This document shows positions 9,377 to 20,363 of a stretch of 64,000 nt of DNA, in pieces (position 1 is the first letter of the stretch; the number at the start of each line of letters is the position of its first letter). The translations under genes and the position numbers were made by a program. Under the pieces are notes generated by a model that saw only the letters and a list, made by a program, of their open reading frames with translations, was not told the DNA's origin and did no database searches. The stretch comes from Synechococcus sp. (GTDB lineage: Bacteria > Cyanobacteriota > Cyanobacteriia > PCC-6307 > Cyanobiaceae), in assembly GCA_047285535.1 (NCBI GenBank), contig JBJBDC010000001.1, forward strand, positions 2,336,136-2,400,135, written 5' to 3'.

Positions 9377-10729
9377 CTACACAAGTCCCCCCACGATCGG
9401 CCACCAGCAACTATCAATCACTTGCTGCTCTGCTGACTTGGTCTCCGCGTTGCGGATTTCAGCAGCAAGACTATCCAGAAGAGATCCATGCAACAGCGGG
9501 CCCATGGCCTCATGCAGTACAGAATCGCGCTCGAACGCCATCCGGGCTTCAACAAGGCTGGCCGGAAGCTTGGGGATGTTGTGATCGCTCAGCAGAGCGG
9601 GATCACCCGTTTGCTCCGGTGGAAGTGTGCGTTGATCACGCAGGGCGTCAAGCACCTGAGCTTGAAGTGCACCCAACAGCAAGTAGGGATTTGCAGTGGG
9701 ATCGACTGCTTTGATTTCCAGGTGAGCGGCACTCTGATCGATTGCGGTGGGAATTAAGCGAACGGCTGCCTCACGGTTCTCCATGCCCCAGACCTGGAAA
9801 GGGGCGGACCAGCTGCTGGGCACCAGCCGTAGGTAAGACACAGGAGAAGGGCTGGCCAGCGCCACCAGAGCAGGGAGTTGCTCAAGCATCCCGGCAATCA
9901 GGGCTTCTCCTTCAGGACGCAGCCCATAGGGACCTGGCCCGTCTTGGAGCAGGGGGCCTTGAGCATCCCGAAGGCTGAAGTGCAGGTGGCCGCCATTCCC
10001 GATCCAGTCCAGTCGGGGTTTGGCACTAAAGCTGCTGTACCAGCCAAAGCGGCGCGTCACGCGTTGGATCACCAGACGGGCTCGTATCAGCTGATCCGCC
10101 ACCTGGAGTGGGGCTTCGGCTGCGAAGGACAGTTCGAACTGCGAGGGGCCATATTCGGGATGAAACTGGATCCAGTCCACCTCTGCGGTATCGAGTGCCT
10201 CGAGAAGTGCCGAGGCGTAATCGAGGCCCTCGATCAAACGGTCGGCTCCGTAAGGTCCCCCAGAGATCATCGCCTTTGGGGAGCCGTTTCTGTCAGGGCT
10301 TACGACAACCCATTCCAGTTCAAATCCGGCGGTAAGGGACAGTCCAGCTGCATCGAGTTTCTCCTCCATGCGGCGGCAGAAGTGGCGTTGATCTGCGCCG
10401 TAGGGTCCGCTCGTACGAGTCCAGCGTTCGCCCGCGGCCCAGGCCCAGCCCTGATTGGGCTCCAGCATTGCCAGCGATTTAGGGTCTGCCTTGAGGCGCA
10501 GATCGCCATCCGGTCGTGTGAGGCGATGCGTTGGTTCGATGATCCCGTCCGAACGGAAGGCATCGGATATGGGCGAGAAGCCGACTCCGATGTCGACGGC
10601 GAGTTGCCAACGACGCAAAGGCACAACCTTGACGAGCGACTCGCCCGCGTGGTTGTCCCAGGTGATGGCGATCTGACGCACACCTTTGGCGGTCAACGCT
10701 TCGAGGGACTGGTCATACTCCGTGGTCAT
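9377..10729 (-). CDS. Glutamine synthetase-like gamma-glutamyl ligase (GlnA3-like)
   Basis: GFELEW, FHPEYGPSQFE, GNGGHLHFS, WGMENREAAVR, EIKAVDPTANPY; these resemble actinobacterial GlnA3 rather than cyanobacterial GSI. Confidence 0.85.
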   Translation of the reverse strand: MTTEYDQSLEALTAKGVRQIAITWDNHAGESLVKVVPLRRWQLAVDIGVGFSPISDAFRSDGIIEPTHRLTRPDGDLRLKADPKSLAMLEPNQGWAWAAGERWTRTSGPYGADQRHFCRRMEEKLDAAGLSLTAGFELEWVVVSPDRNGSPKAMISGGPYGADRLIEGLDYASALLEALDTAEVDWIQFHPEYGPSQFELSFAAEAPLQVADQLIRARLVIQRVTRRFGWYSSFSAKPRLDWIGNGGHLHFSLRDAQGPLLQDGPGPYGLRPEGEALIAGMLEQLPALVALASPSPVSYLRLVPSSWSAPFQVWGMENREAAVRLIPTAIDQSAAHLEIKAVDPTANPYLLLGALQAQVLDALRDQRTLPPEQTGDPALLSDHNIPKLPASLVEARMAFERDSVLHEAMGPLLHGSLLDSLAAEIRNAETKSAEQQVIDSCWWPIVGGLV

Positions 10730-10905
10730 GGCTGCGCATGCAGTGCATTAAGGATGCAGCAGGGTGCCGTTGAGGACTCAGAACGGGCAGGAGCAAGTTC
10801 CATCCATGGCTGGACTTTTACTGATCCAGTCCTTTTGGGCTGTGCTGTGGCTTTTGATGTGGTTGGTGATTGATCAGAATCGTTGCAGCGTGGGGGGTCG
10901 GTTTC

Positions 10906-11091
10906 ATGTCTGAAGTTCCAAGAGGTCTGCTATGGCTGGCCGTGCCCGCTGCGGTTGTTTTGGCCTTAGTGGTGCATGGTCAGGCTGAATCGGCCCTGCC
11001 TTTTTGGGCTGGCATGCCTGTTTGGGTGTTGATGTTCATCGCCCTGCAGGCGGCACTCACCCTTGTTGCTGCTTGGATCGCCCGCCCATGA
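10906..11091 (+). CDS. Small two-TM membrane protein, typical partner of SSS symporters
   Basis: 61 aa, two hydrophobic helices separated by PFWAGMPVW; ATGA overlap with the symporter. Confidence 0.7.
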   Translation: MSEVPRGLLWLAVPAAVVLALVVHGQAESALPFWAGMPVWVLMFIALQAALTLVAAWIARP

Positions 11092-12545
11092 GCATCACCT
11101 TGATCTCCGCGCTCCTTGCGCTGGTGGCTTATCTCCTGGCGTTGCTCTGGCTTGGTGCTCAGAGTCTCGGGGGTCAAACCAACAGCGCCGACTCCTATTT
11201 TCTGGCCGATCGGCGACTGCGTGCCGGTGTGCTGTTTTTCACGCTGATCGCCACTAATTTCAGCGCTTTCTTTTTTCTTGGCTTTGCCGGCGCGGGATAT
11301 CGAATCGGGATTGCGTACTACCCAATGATGGCGTTCGGAACAGGATTAGCAGCCTTCAGCTTCGGCAGCCTCGGCTGCCGGGTGCGCAAACTCAGCGCTC
11401 AACATGGCCTGATCACCCCGTCCGAATTGATCGGTCATTTCTTGCCTGGGGAAGGCCTGCGCCTCTTGGTGCTTGCGGTGATGGTGCTGTTCACCCTTCC
11501 CTATTTAGCTCTGCAACCTTTGGGTGCCGGTTACTTGTTGGAGAGCCTTACGGGAGGTGCGGTTCCTTTTGGCGTTGGAGCAACCCTGCTCACGGTCGTG
11601 ATTGTGCTCTATGTCGTAGGCGGCGGCATGCGAGCTGTGGCACGGACCGACGTGCTTCAGGGGGTCTTGATGTTCCTGCTGATGCTGATGGCCTTTGGGG
11701 CTGTAGCCAAAGGTGTCGGTGGCGTCGAGATGGCGAATCGTACGCTGTTCCAACAACGTCCAGACCTCTTCAGTACGGCTGGTCTTGGCGGGTTCTTTAC
11801 GCCGCGAATGATGGCGAGCTATTTGCTGCTCTGGCCTTTGTGTCTGCCGATGTTTCCGCAGATGCTGATGCGTTTCTTTGCCGCCGGGGATGACCGTTCG
11901 CTGAAGCAATCCATGGTGCTGTACCCAGTGGTGGCGGGGGTGTTGTTTATCTGCCCGGTCATGATCGGGATGTGGGGGCATCTGGCCTTCCCCGATCTGG
12001 TGGGTCGCGCCTCAGATCAGATCCTGCCGTTGATGCTTGGACGCTACAGCCCTGAGTGGTTAACGGGAATCGTGATGGTGGGGGCCTTGGCTGCGTTTAT
12101 GTCAACCCTGGACTCGCAGTTGTTGGCGCTGTCTTCGATGCTGACTCGCGACCTCTACACAAGATATTGGCGCCCGCAAGCTTCCTTGCCAGAGCAAGTG
12201 CGTGTCGGGCAGTTCGTGGTGATCGCCCTTGCGGTTGCTGGGCTGGTCATCGCCCTTCGGCCTCCGGATGCGATTCTTTCGCTTGCAACCCATGCGTTCT
12301 CCGGTTTGGCCTTGCTGTTCCCGATGCTGGTGGGGGCGGTCTATGGCCTGCGTTGGTCTGTCCTTGGGGCGATGTTGTCGGTGATCGGCGGCGAAGCCGT
12401 CCTGCTGGGTTTTGCAACGGGTGTGATTCCAGAGGGGTTCCAGGTTGGCTGTCTACCTTTGATTCCGGCACTGGTGGTGGCCTGCTCGATTTTGGTTGTG
12501 GATCAGCTCATTGATCGCTGGTCTTCGTCTTGCTTGCAGGCCTGA
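11088..12545 (+). CDS. Sodium:solute symporter (SSS, PanF/PutP-like)
   Basis: YFLADR, ATNFSAFFFLGFAG, GGMRAVARTDVLQG, AAFMSTLDSQLL; about 13 TM segments. Confidence 0.92.
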   Translation: MSITLISALLALVAYLLALLWLGAQSLGGQTNSADSYFLADRRLRAGVLFFTLIATNFSAFFFLGFAGAGYRIGIAYYPMMAFGTGLAAFSFGSLGCRVRKLSAQHGLITPSELIGHFLPGEGLRLLVLAVMVLFTLPYLALQPLGAGYLLESLTGGAVPFGVGATLLTVVIVLYVVGGGMRAVARTDVLQGVLMFLLMLMAFGAVAKGVGGVEMANRTLFQQRPDLFSTAGLGGFFTPRMMASYLLLWPLCLPMFPQMLMRFFAAGDDRSLKQSMVLYPVVAGVLFICPVMIGMWGHLAFPDLVGRASDQILPLMLGRYSPEWLTGIVMVGALAAFMSTLDSQLLALSSMLTRDLYTRYWRPQASLPEQVRVGQFVVIALAVAGLVIALRPPDAILSLATHAFSGLALLFPMLVGAVYGLRWSVLGAMLSVIGGEAVLLGFATGVIPEGFQVGCLPLIPALVVACSILVVDQLIDRWSSSCLQA

Positions 12546-13032
12546 CTTTCGGGGACTGCAGCGAGATGGTGCGTCCGCCACCAGGAGCGTAATGAAGATC
12601 GAAGCGCCAGGCGTCAGGCAGGGCAAGGCTGAGTCGCTCCGGCCACTCCACCACGAGCAGGGCTCCTAATGCGCTTGCCTCTTCCTCCTCTTGCAGGAAG
12701 AGGTCGTCGGCTGCGACGGCTTGCTCGAGTCGGTAGAGGTCGAGATGGATCAGAGGTGGGGTGCCTTCGGGGTAGTGCTGCGCTAGCGCGAAGGTTGGGC
12801 TGGTGATCGGTTCTTGGATTCCTAGAGCTTCGGCTAGCCCTTGCACCAGAGAGGTTTTGCCTGCACCGAGTGGACCCTGTAAAAGCACAATGTCGAGGGG
12901 TTTAAGGCATGCCGCCAACATCCGACCAAGGTTTTTTGTGGCCTCGAGATCGTCAAGGCTCCTTGTTTCATCTGTAGATTGGCCGTCAAGGGAGCCCGAA
13001 GCCTCGGCGTCTCCGAAGTATTTATCGTTCAC
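12508..13032 (-). CDS. tsaE: tRNA t6A biosynthesis ATPase TsaE
   Basis: [27 protein letters not shown]; start uncertain. Confidence 0.92.
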   Translation of the reverse strand: MNDKYFGDAEASGSLDGQSTDETRSLDDLEATKNLGRMLAACLKPLDIVLLQGPLGAGKTSLVQGLAEALGIQEPITSPTFALAQHYPEGTPPLIHLDLYRLEQAVAADDLFLQEEEEASALGALLVVEWPERLSLALPDAWRFDLHYAPGGGRTISLQSPKVRPASKTKTSDQ

Positions 13033-13056
13033 ATCCTCCTCAGGGAGCTTTTCAAT

Positions 13057-14487
<1,431 letters not shown>

Positions 14488-14550
14488 TCCCTAGCTGCTG
14501 CTTGGTTCTGCTTGCTCCATGGAAGACTTGCGCGATCACTCGCTGTCTTC

Positions 14551-15210
14551 ATGGGGCTTTCTGAACTGATCACCCAGCTTCCAGAGCTGATCGGACAGGC
14601 TGTTGAGGCGAATCAATGGTTGGGCTATGGCGCTATTTTTTCGGCCATGTTTTTGGAAAATTTATTTCCCCCTATCCCCTCAGAGCTGATCATGCCTCTG
14701 GGGGGATTTTATGTGCAGCAAGGGCAACTGCAGTTCATCCCTGTCGTGCTGGCTGGTTTGATTGGAACTGTGCTTGGAGCGTTGCCTTGGTATGGCATCG
14801 GTCGCCTGATCAATGAAGAACGCATTGAGCAATGGCTGGAGCGGCATGGCCGCTGGATTGGTATTAGTCCCGAGGAGCTGGCCCGTAGTCGCCGTTGGTT
14901 CAGCCGCTACGGCACAGCTCTTGTGTTTTGGGGACGTTTAGTCCCAGGGATTCGAACTCTGATTTCGGTTCCTGCAGGGATCGAGCTGATGCCGATGGCG
15001 CCATTTTTAATCTGGACGACGGCAGGCAGCCTGATTTGGACTCTTCTGCTCACCATTGCTGGGATGGTTCTAGGTGAGGGCTACAGCAATGTTGAACTTT
15101 GGATTGAACCCGTTTCAAAAGTGATCAAAGTGGGCTTGGTCATTGCTGTGCTGGCCGCAGGGATTTGGCTGGGCCTTCGAATCTGGCGTCGCCGTCAGTC
15201 GTCCGATTAA
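14551..15210 (+). CDS. DedA family membrane protein
   Basis: ENLFPPIPSE, GRLVPGIRTLISVPAG. Confidence 0.92.
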   Translation: MGLSELITQLPELIGQAVEANQWLGYGAIFSAMFLENLFPPIPSELIMPLGGFYVQQGQLQFIPVVLAGLIGTVLGALPWYGIGRLINEERIEQWLERHGRWIGISPEELARSRRWFSRYGTALVFWGRLVPGIRTLISVPAGIELMPMAPFLIWTTAGSLIWTLLLTIAGMVLGEGYSNVELWIEPVSKVIKVGLVIAVLAAGIWLGLRIWRRRQSSD

Positions 15211-15272
15211 TCATGAGCGACCTTCGCTGGGCCTGCTCAACGCATGCAGCAGGTCGCTCCTGTTTCCCTGAT

Positions 15273-15653
15273 TTAAAAGGGGACCTCTTCGTCAGTAGGG
15301 CTACCCCCTCCGAAACCGCTGGATGCAGCTTCACTGTCCCGCTTGGATCCGAGCAGTTCGAGGCGATCCACCCGAACCACTGGCTTGCTGCGCTCCTCGC
15401 CGCTGTTGCGGTCTGTCCAGCGATCCAATTTGAAGCTGCCGATGATGCCCAGGAGAGAGCCTTTCTTGACGTAATCGGCTGCAACTTGAGCCTGTTTTCC
15501 CCAGATCTCAAGATTGAACCAGTCCGGTTCGTCGTCGCGACTGCGGCGATTCACGGCAATGGTGAGGTTGGCCACCATGCTTCCAGATTCGAAGTAGCGC
15601 ACTTCGGGGTCTCGGCCGGCCCGGCCGACAAGGGTTACGGAATTGACACCCAT
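15273..15653 (-). CDS. ssb: Single-stranded DNA-binding protein
   Basis: NSVTLVGRAGRDPEVRY, acidic tail EEVPF. Confidence 0.95.
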   Translation of the reverse strand: MGVNSVTLVGRAGRDPEVRYFESGSMVANLTIAVNRRSRDDEPDWFNLEIWGKQAQVAADYVKKGSLLGIIGSFKLDRWTDRNSGEERSKPVVRVDRLELLGSKRDSEAASSGFGGGSPTDEEVPF

Positions 15654-15788
15654 AAAAGGTCCTGCTGTGTGGATTAATGATGCGCCACGGTTGTGGTGGC
15701 TGCTTTTAAGGAGTTCCACCCTCCTTGCCGGATGTATCAGTCAGTGCATGACAACACCCCTAAGATTCGTCATCTTGTGCGACAGCCA

Positions 15789-16841
15789 GTGCTCTTCCGT
15801 CGATTTCAGCTTTCCCGCGACATCGGTATCGACCTCGGCACGGCCAATACTCTGATTTATGTCTCCGGAAAGGGGATTGTGTTGCAAGAGCCTTCAGTGG
15901 TGGCCATTGATTTGGAGAAAGGGGTGCCCTTGGCTGTCGGCGATGAGGCGAAGTTGATGCTGGGTCGTACTCCCGGCAACATTCGCGCCGTCCGCCCACT
16001 TCGTGATGGCGTCATTGCCGATTTTGATGCAGCTGAGCAGATGCTCAAAAGTTTTATTCAGAAAGGAAATGAGGGTCGAGGGATCGTTGCCCCCAGATTG
16101 GTGGTGGGGATCCCTAGTGGGGTTACGGGAGTGGAGCGCCGTGCGGTGCGTGAGGCAGGTCTAGCCGGTGCCAGAGAAGTCCATCTGATTGATGAACCCG
16201 TGGCGGCAGCGATCGGTGCGGGTTTGCCCGTTACGGAACCCGTTGGCACAATGATTGTTGATATCGGAGGTGGCACCACCGAAGTGGCGGTGCTCAGCCT
16301 TGGCGGGACGGTTCTAAGTGAATCAGTCCGGGTTGCAGGTGATGAGATCAGTGATTCCATCGGTGTCCATCTCAAAAAGGTTCACAACCTGGTGGTGGGA
16401 GAGCGCACAGCCGAAGACATCAAGATTCGAATTGGCTCTGCATTTCCCGACAATGACTTTGACCAGACCGTGATGGATGTGCGGGGTCTTCACCTGTTAT
16501 CTGGCCTGCCGCGTACGATTCAACTTCAGGCTGGCGACTTACGAGAGGCGATTGCCGAGCCTCTCAATGTGATTGTGGAGGCGGTGAAGCGAACGCTCGA
16601 ACGCACCCCTCCTGAGCTGGCCGCAGATATCGTGGATCGCGGCATCATGCTCGCTGGTGGTGGGGCCTTGGTGCGTGGTATCAGCGACTTGATCAGTCAT
16701 GAAACTGGGATTTTCACCCACGTGGCTGAGGATCCTTTGCTGTGTGTGGTGAATGGCTGCGGTCAGGTGCTGGAGGACTACAAGCGCTTGCAGCGTGTGC
16801 TCGATACTCCTGAATTTGTTCGCTCTGCGTCGAGCCTCTAA
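15789..16841 (+). CDS. mreB: Rod shape-determining protein MreB
   Basis: GIDLGTANT, DIGGGTTE, LAGGGAL; GTG start. Confidence 0.97.
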   Translation: MLFRRFQLSRDIGIDLGTANTLIYVSGKGIVLQEPSVVAIDLEKGVPLAVGDEAKLMLGRTPGNIRAVRPLRDGVIADFDAAEQMLKSFIQKGNEGRGIVAPRLVVGIPSGVTGVERRAVREAGLAGAREVHLIDEPVAAAIGAGLPVTEPVGTMIVDIGGGTTEVAVLSLGGTVLSESVRVAGDEISDSIGVHLKKVHNLVVGERTAEDIKIRIGSAFPDNDFDQTVMDVRGLHLLSGLPRTIQLQAGDLREAIAEPLNVIVEAVKRTLERTPPELAADIVDRGIMLAGGGALVRGISDLISHETGIFTHVAEDPLLCVVNGCGQVLEDYKRLQRVLDTPEFVRSASSL

Positions 16842-16846
16842 TTTCG

Positions 16847-17590
16847 ATGGGCTTCTCGCCGTGGCCTCAGGGAACCCAATCCCGGAGCCTCAAACGAATC
16901 TGGCCTTGGCTTGCTCTTCTTGGAGTCTTAGGGATCGTGCGTTGGAGCAAAGGCGCCGGTTTTGCTGATGCGTATGCCTTGCTCAGTCGTCCCTTTTGGC
17001 CTGGTCCGGCTCAGAAAGAGTGGATCCAGTCTGCTCAGCAGACAGATGATGCATCTCGTCTGCAATTGCTTGAGGCTGACAATGCCCGTCTCAGGGATTT
17101 GCTTTCGTTAGATCGGCAAGGAGCCAGCAGTGCGATTTCTGCAGCTGTGATCTCTCGGACGCCTGAGGGCTGGTGGCAGCAGATTGTTTTAGGCAAAGGT
17201 TTGCTGGATGGAATCACAAAAGATGATGCGGTGATCGGACCCGGTGGATTGATTGGCCGCGTTCAAAGTGTGACGCCGGCCACAAGCTTGGTGCGCTTAC
17301 TCACAGCTCCTGGAAGTCGGGTCGGAGTTTGGGTGCCGCGTACCCGTCAGCATGCATTGCTGGTGGGAATGGGAACAGCCCGGCCTCAATTGGAATTTCT
17401 TGATAAAGACGTGCAGGTGCGTCCTGGAGATTTGGTCAGCACCTCACCCGCCAGCACGTTGTTGCCGGCCAATATCCCAGTGGCCGTTGTGCAGTCCTTG
17501 AATCCCAGAGGCGTGCCGGCGCCCACGGCTCTTGTGCAGTTGATTGCACAACCGGATGCAATCGACTGGGTTCAGGTCAGTAGACGCTGA
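16847..17590 (+). CDS. mreC: Rod shape-determining protein MreC
   Basis: N-terminal TM, coiled coil (LEADNARLRDLL), GLIGRV; follows mreB. Confidence 0.9.
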   Translation: MGFSPWPQGTQSRSLKRIWPWLALLGVLGIVRWSKGAGFADAYALLSRPFWPGPAQKEWIQSAQQTDDASRLQLLEADNARLRDLLSLDRQGASSAISAAVISRTPEGWWQQIVLGKGLLDGITKDDAVIGPGGLIGRVQSVTPATSLVRLLTAPGSRVGVWVPRTRQHALLVGMGTARPQLEFLDKDVQVRPGDLVSTSPASTLLPANIPVAVVQSLNPRGVPAPTALVQLIAQPDAIDWVQVSRR

Positions 17591-17593
17591 TCC

Positions 17594-18097
17594 ATGGCTC
17601 GTCTTCATCGTCAACCGCTTTGTGTTGCCTCTGGATTATTGGTGCCTTTGATTCACTTTGCGGCGCCGTCATGGCTGACCCTCGGTGGAATCCCTCCCAG
17701 CTGGGCTGTGTTGTGGTTACTGCCCTGGTCCTTGATTGATGGACCGGTGTCAGGTGTGATCGCTGGTGCCTCAATGGGATTGGTCCTGGATGGTCTAAGC
17801 GTTGGCGATGCCAGTCAGGTGCCGATTTTGATGTTGTTGGGTTGGTGGTGGGGATGGCTCGGACGCCGAGGTCGGCCAATTCAACGCAGCTTCAATCTTG
17901 GTCTGCTCGCTTGGATCGGCACGATGCTGCTTGGGTTCAGTCTTTGGGTTCAGCTGTTGATTCAGGGTATGGATGCACCTCTGGCCCAAGCCTTTGCGTT
18001 GCATACCTGTTTGGCTCAAGGACTGCTGACAGGCCTCTTGGCCCCGATGATTGTGTCTTGGCAACTTCTGATCTGGCGACGGCGCATTCCCGCATGA
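17594..18097 (+). CDS. mreD: Rod shape-determining protein MreD
   Basis: Hydrophobic 167-aa protein directly after mreC. Confidence 0.8.
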   Translation: MARLHRQPLCVASGLLVPLIHFAAPSWLTLGGIPPSWAVLWLLPWSLIDGPVSGVIAGASMGLVLDGLSVGDASQVPILMLLGWWWGWLGRRGRPIQRSFNLGLLAWIGTMLLGFSLWVQLLIQGMDAPLAQAFALHTCLAQGLLTGLLAPMIVSWQLLIWRRRIPA

Positions 18098-19401
18098 TTC
18101 AGCACACTTCCCATCCCCGTCGATGGCTTGCCCTTGCGTTGGTCGGCACTTCGTTGCTGATCGGAGGATGCAGGCGTGCCGCATCTCCAGAGGAAGCGCT
18201 CCAGCTCTGGACACTGCAATTGGCACCAAAATTCAACACTTATATGGAGAAGGTGATTGATGGTTGGGATCGAGACCATCCCGATGCTCCGGTGCGCTGG
18301 ACAGACTTGCCCTGGGGTTCTGTGGAGCGGAAGCTCCTGGCAGCTGTCTTTGCTCGCACTGCTCCGGATGTGGTGAATCTCAATCCCCCGTTTGCAGCCA
18401 ATTTGGCAAGTAAGGGGGGGTTGACTGATCTCACACCGCTGCTCCCTCCCAAGGCCGCAAAGCGCTATTTACCGTCGGTTTGGAATGCAGCAAGTGATCC
18501 GAAGGCTGGGCAGATCGCGGTGCCTTGGTATCTCACGGTCCGCCTCAGTTTGGTGAACCAGGACCTGCTTCAAAAAGCCGGCCTAACCTCTCCTCCCCGT
18601 CGTTGGGAGGACATTCCTGACTATGCCCGTCGCATCCGTCAGAGCACGGGCCGGTATGGCTTGTTCGTCACGGCTGTGCCCGACGATTCAGCGGAATTGC
18701 TCGAGTCGATGGTGCAGATGGGTGTCACGTTGCTGGATGCGCGTCAGCGAGCTGGATTCAACACATCGGAGGGTCGTAAAGCATTTGCGTTCTGGACTGA
18801 TTTGTATCGGGAGGGGCTTCTCCCAAGGGAGGTGGTGAGTCAGGGACAGCGTCGAGCTATTGAGCTGTACCAAAGTGGCGAGTTGGCGTTGCTGGCTAGT
18901 GGCGCCGAATTTTTACGCAGTATCCAGACCAATGCACCTGGAGTGGCTGCGGTGACCTCCCCCGAACCACCACTCACCGGTCGCGATGGCACGGCCAATG
19001 TGGCCTTAATGACTCTGGCGGTTCCTCGCCAGAGCCAGCGACCTAGAGAGGCGTTGTCGTTTGCGCTTGACCTCACCAACGGTCGGAACCAAGCTCAGTT
19101 TGCGCGAGAGGCCAGGGTCTTGCCTTCTTCCCTTGAGGCTCTCCAGACAGTGCTCGCTGAACTTGAGGCAGAACGCCCGAAGACTCCCCAGGACGCTCAA
19201 ATTCGAGAGGCCAGGCTTCTGTCTGCCAAGACGCTTGCAGGTGCAAGAGTCCTTGTGCCTGCAACGCCTGGGGTGAAGCGTCTCCAAAGCATTGTTTATA
19301 CGCAGCTACAGCGAGCCATGCTGGGCCAAATCAGCAGTGATGAAGCGGTGAGGATTGCAGCCGAGCAGTGGAATCGATACTCGGAAGCTCGATGGCCGTA
19401 A
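18094..19401 (+). CDS. ABC transporter sugar-type substrate-binding lipoprotein
   Basis: Lipobox LIGGC, APDVVNLN, AVPWY; ATGA overlap with mreD. Confidence 0.85.
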   Translation: MIQHTSHPRRWLALALVGTSLLIGGCRRAASPEEALQLWTLQLAPKFNTYMEKVIDGWDRDHPDAPVRWTDLPWGSVERKLLAAVFARTAPDVVNLNPPFAANLASKGGLTDLTPLLPPKAAKRYLPSVWNAASDPKAGQIAVPWYLTVRLSLVNQDLLQKAGLTSPPRRWEDIPDYARRIRQSTGRYGLFVTAVPDDSAELLESMVQMGVTLLDARQRAGFNTSEGRKAFAFWTDLYREGLLPREVVSQGQRRAIELYQSGELALLASGAEFLRSIQTNAPGVAAVTSPEPPLTGRDGTANVALMTLAVPRQSQRPREALSFALDLTNGRNQAQFAREARVLPSSLEALQTVLAELEAERPKTPQDAQIREARLLSAKTLAGARVLVPATPGVKRLQSIVYTQLQRAMLGQISSDEAVRIAAEQWNRYSEARWP

Positions 19402-19524
19402 TGGATCAAGCCTGAATGTTGTTAAAAACATGAAAACAATCGAAAACCTGAGTGAGCAGAGCTTTGGATTCCACGGGCTGTTCACACTGAGCAGTAGAGT
19501 TGCTTGTCTTCATATTGTCTTGCG

Positions 19525-20292
19525 ATGCCCACAGATGGGCCTTCCATAAAAGGAACCATTCTTGTGGTTGACGATGAGCCCGCGGTGCTGCGGGTCTTGT
19601 TGACGCGTCTGCGTTTAGCTGGATATCACGTTGTTTCCGCCGAAGACGGAGAACAAGCGCTGGAAGTGTTTCACAACGAATCCCCTGATTTGGTGGTTCT
19701 TGATGTGATGCTCCCCAAGATGGATGGATTCGCGGTTTGCCGGCGTCTCAGGGCTGAATCCTGCGTTCCGATCATTTTCCTTTCCGCCTTGGAATCCATT
19801 TCTGAGCGAGTAGCGGGTCTTGATCTTGGAGCTGACGACTATCTTCCAAAACCATTCAGTCCCAAGGAGCTGGAAGCTCGCATCTCCACAATCTTGCGTC
19901 GGGTCGGTTCTGGATCAGCCACCGTTGAACCTCGTGAGATCCCTAGTGGGCAAGGTGTGATGCGCGTTGGAGATTTGGTGGTGGACACCAATCGCAGGCA
20001 AGTCTCTCGAGGAACCGAACGGATTGCCTTGACGTATACGGAATTCAGCCTTCTTGAGTTGTTATTTCGTGAGCCAGGTCACGTCGTTCCACGGGCTGAA
20101 ATTCTGGAACAGCTCTGGGGATATCCACCTCGTCGTGCTGCTGATCTCCGCGTTGTTGACGTTTACGTTGCAAGATTGCGCGGAAAGCTCGAACCAGATC
20201 CACGGAATCCAGAGCTGATTCTCACCGTGAGAGGGATTGGCTATGCCTCCCAACGAATGGCCGAAGCCACTGGTACGCCAGCAGCGGTTTAA
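19525..20292 (+). CDS. srrA: OmpR-family response regulator, RpaB paralogue (SrrA type)
   Basis: ILVVDDE, VLDVMLP, KPFSPKEL, RVVDVYVARLR, LILTVRGIGY; position next to lysS matches picocyanobacterial srrA. Confidence 0.75.
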   Translation: MPTDGPSIKGTILVVDDEPAVLRVLLTRLRLAGYHVVSAEDGEQALEVFHNESPDLVVLDVMLPKMDGFAVCRRLRAESCVPIIFLSALESISERVAGLDLGADDYLPKPFSPKELEARISTILRRVGSGSATVEPREIPSGQGVMRVGDLVVDTNRRQVSRGTERIALTYTEFSLLELLFREPGHVVPRAEILEQLWGYPPRRAADLRVVDVYVARLRGKLEPDPRNPELILTVRGIGYASQRMAEATGTPAAV

Positions 20293-20363
20293 TGAATTCA
20301 GTGAGATGAAGTCGCTTCCGGTCCCGTCACGGGTGAGGATGGCGCCCGACTGCTTCTTCTCTC

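Noticed and set aside
9878..10873. 331-aa plus-strand ORF
   Set aside because: Antisense shadow of the GS-like gene.
19402..19524. HLR1 (RpaB) site upstream of srrA
   Set aside because: An AT-rich patch is present, but I could not match a convincing direct-repeat pair.
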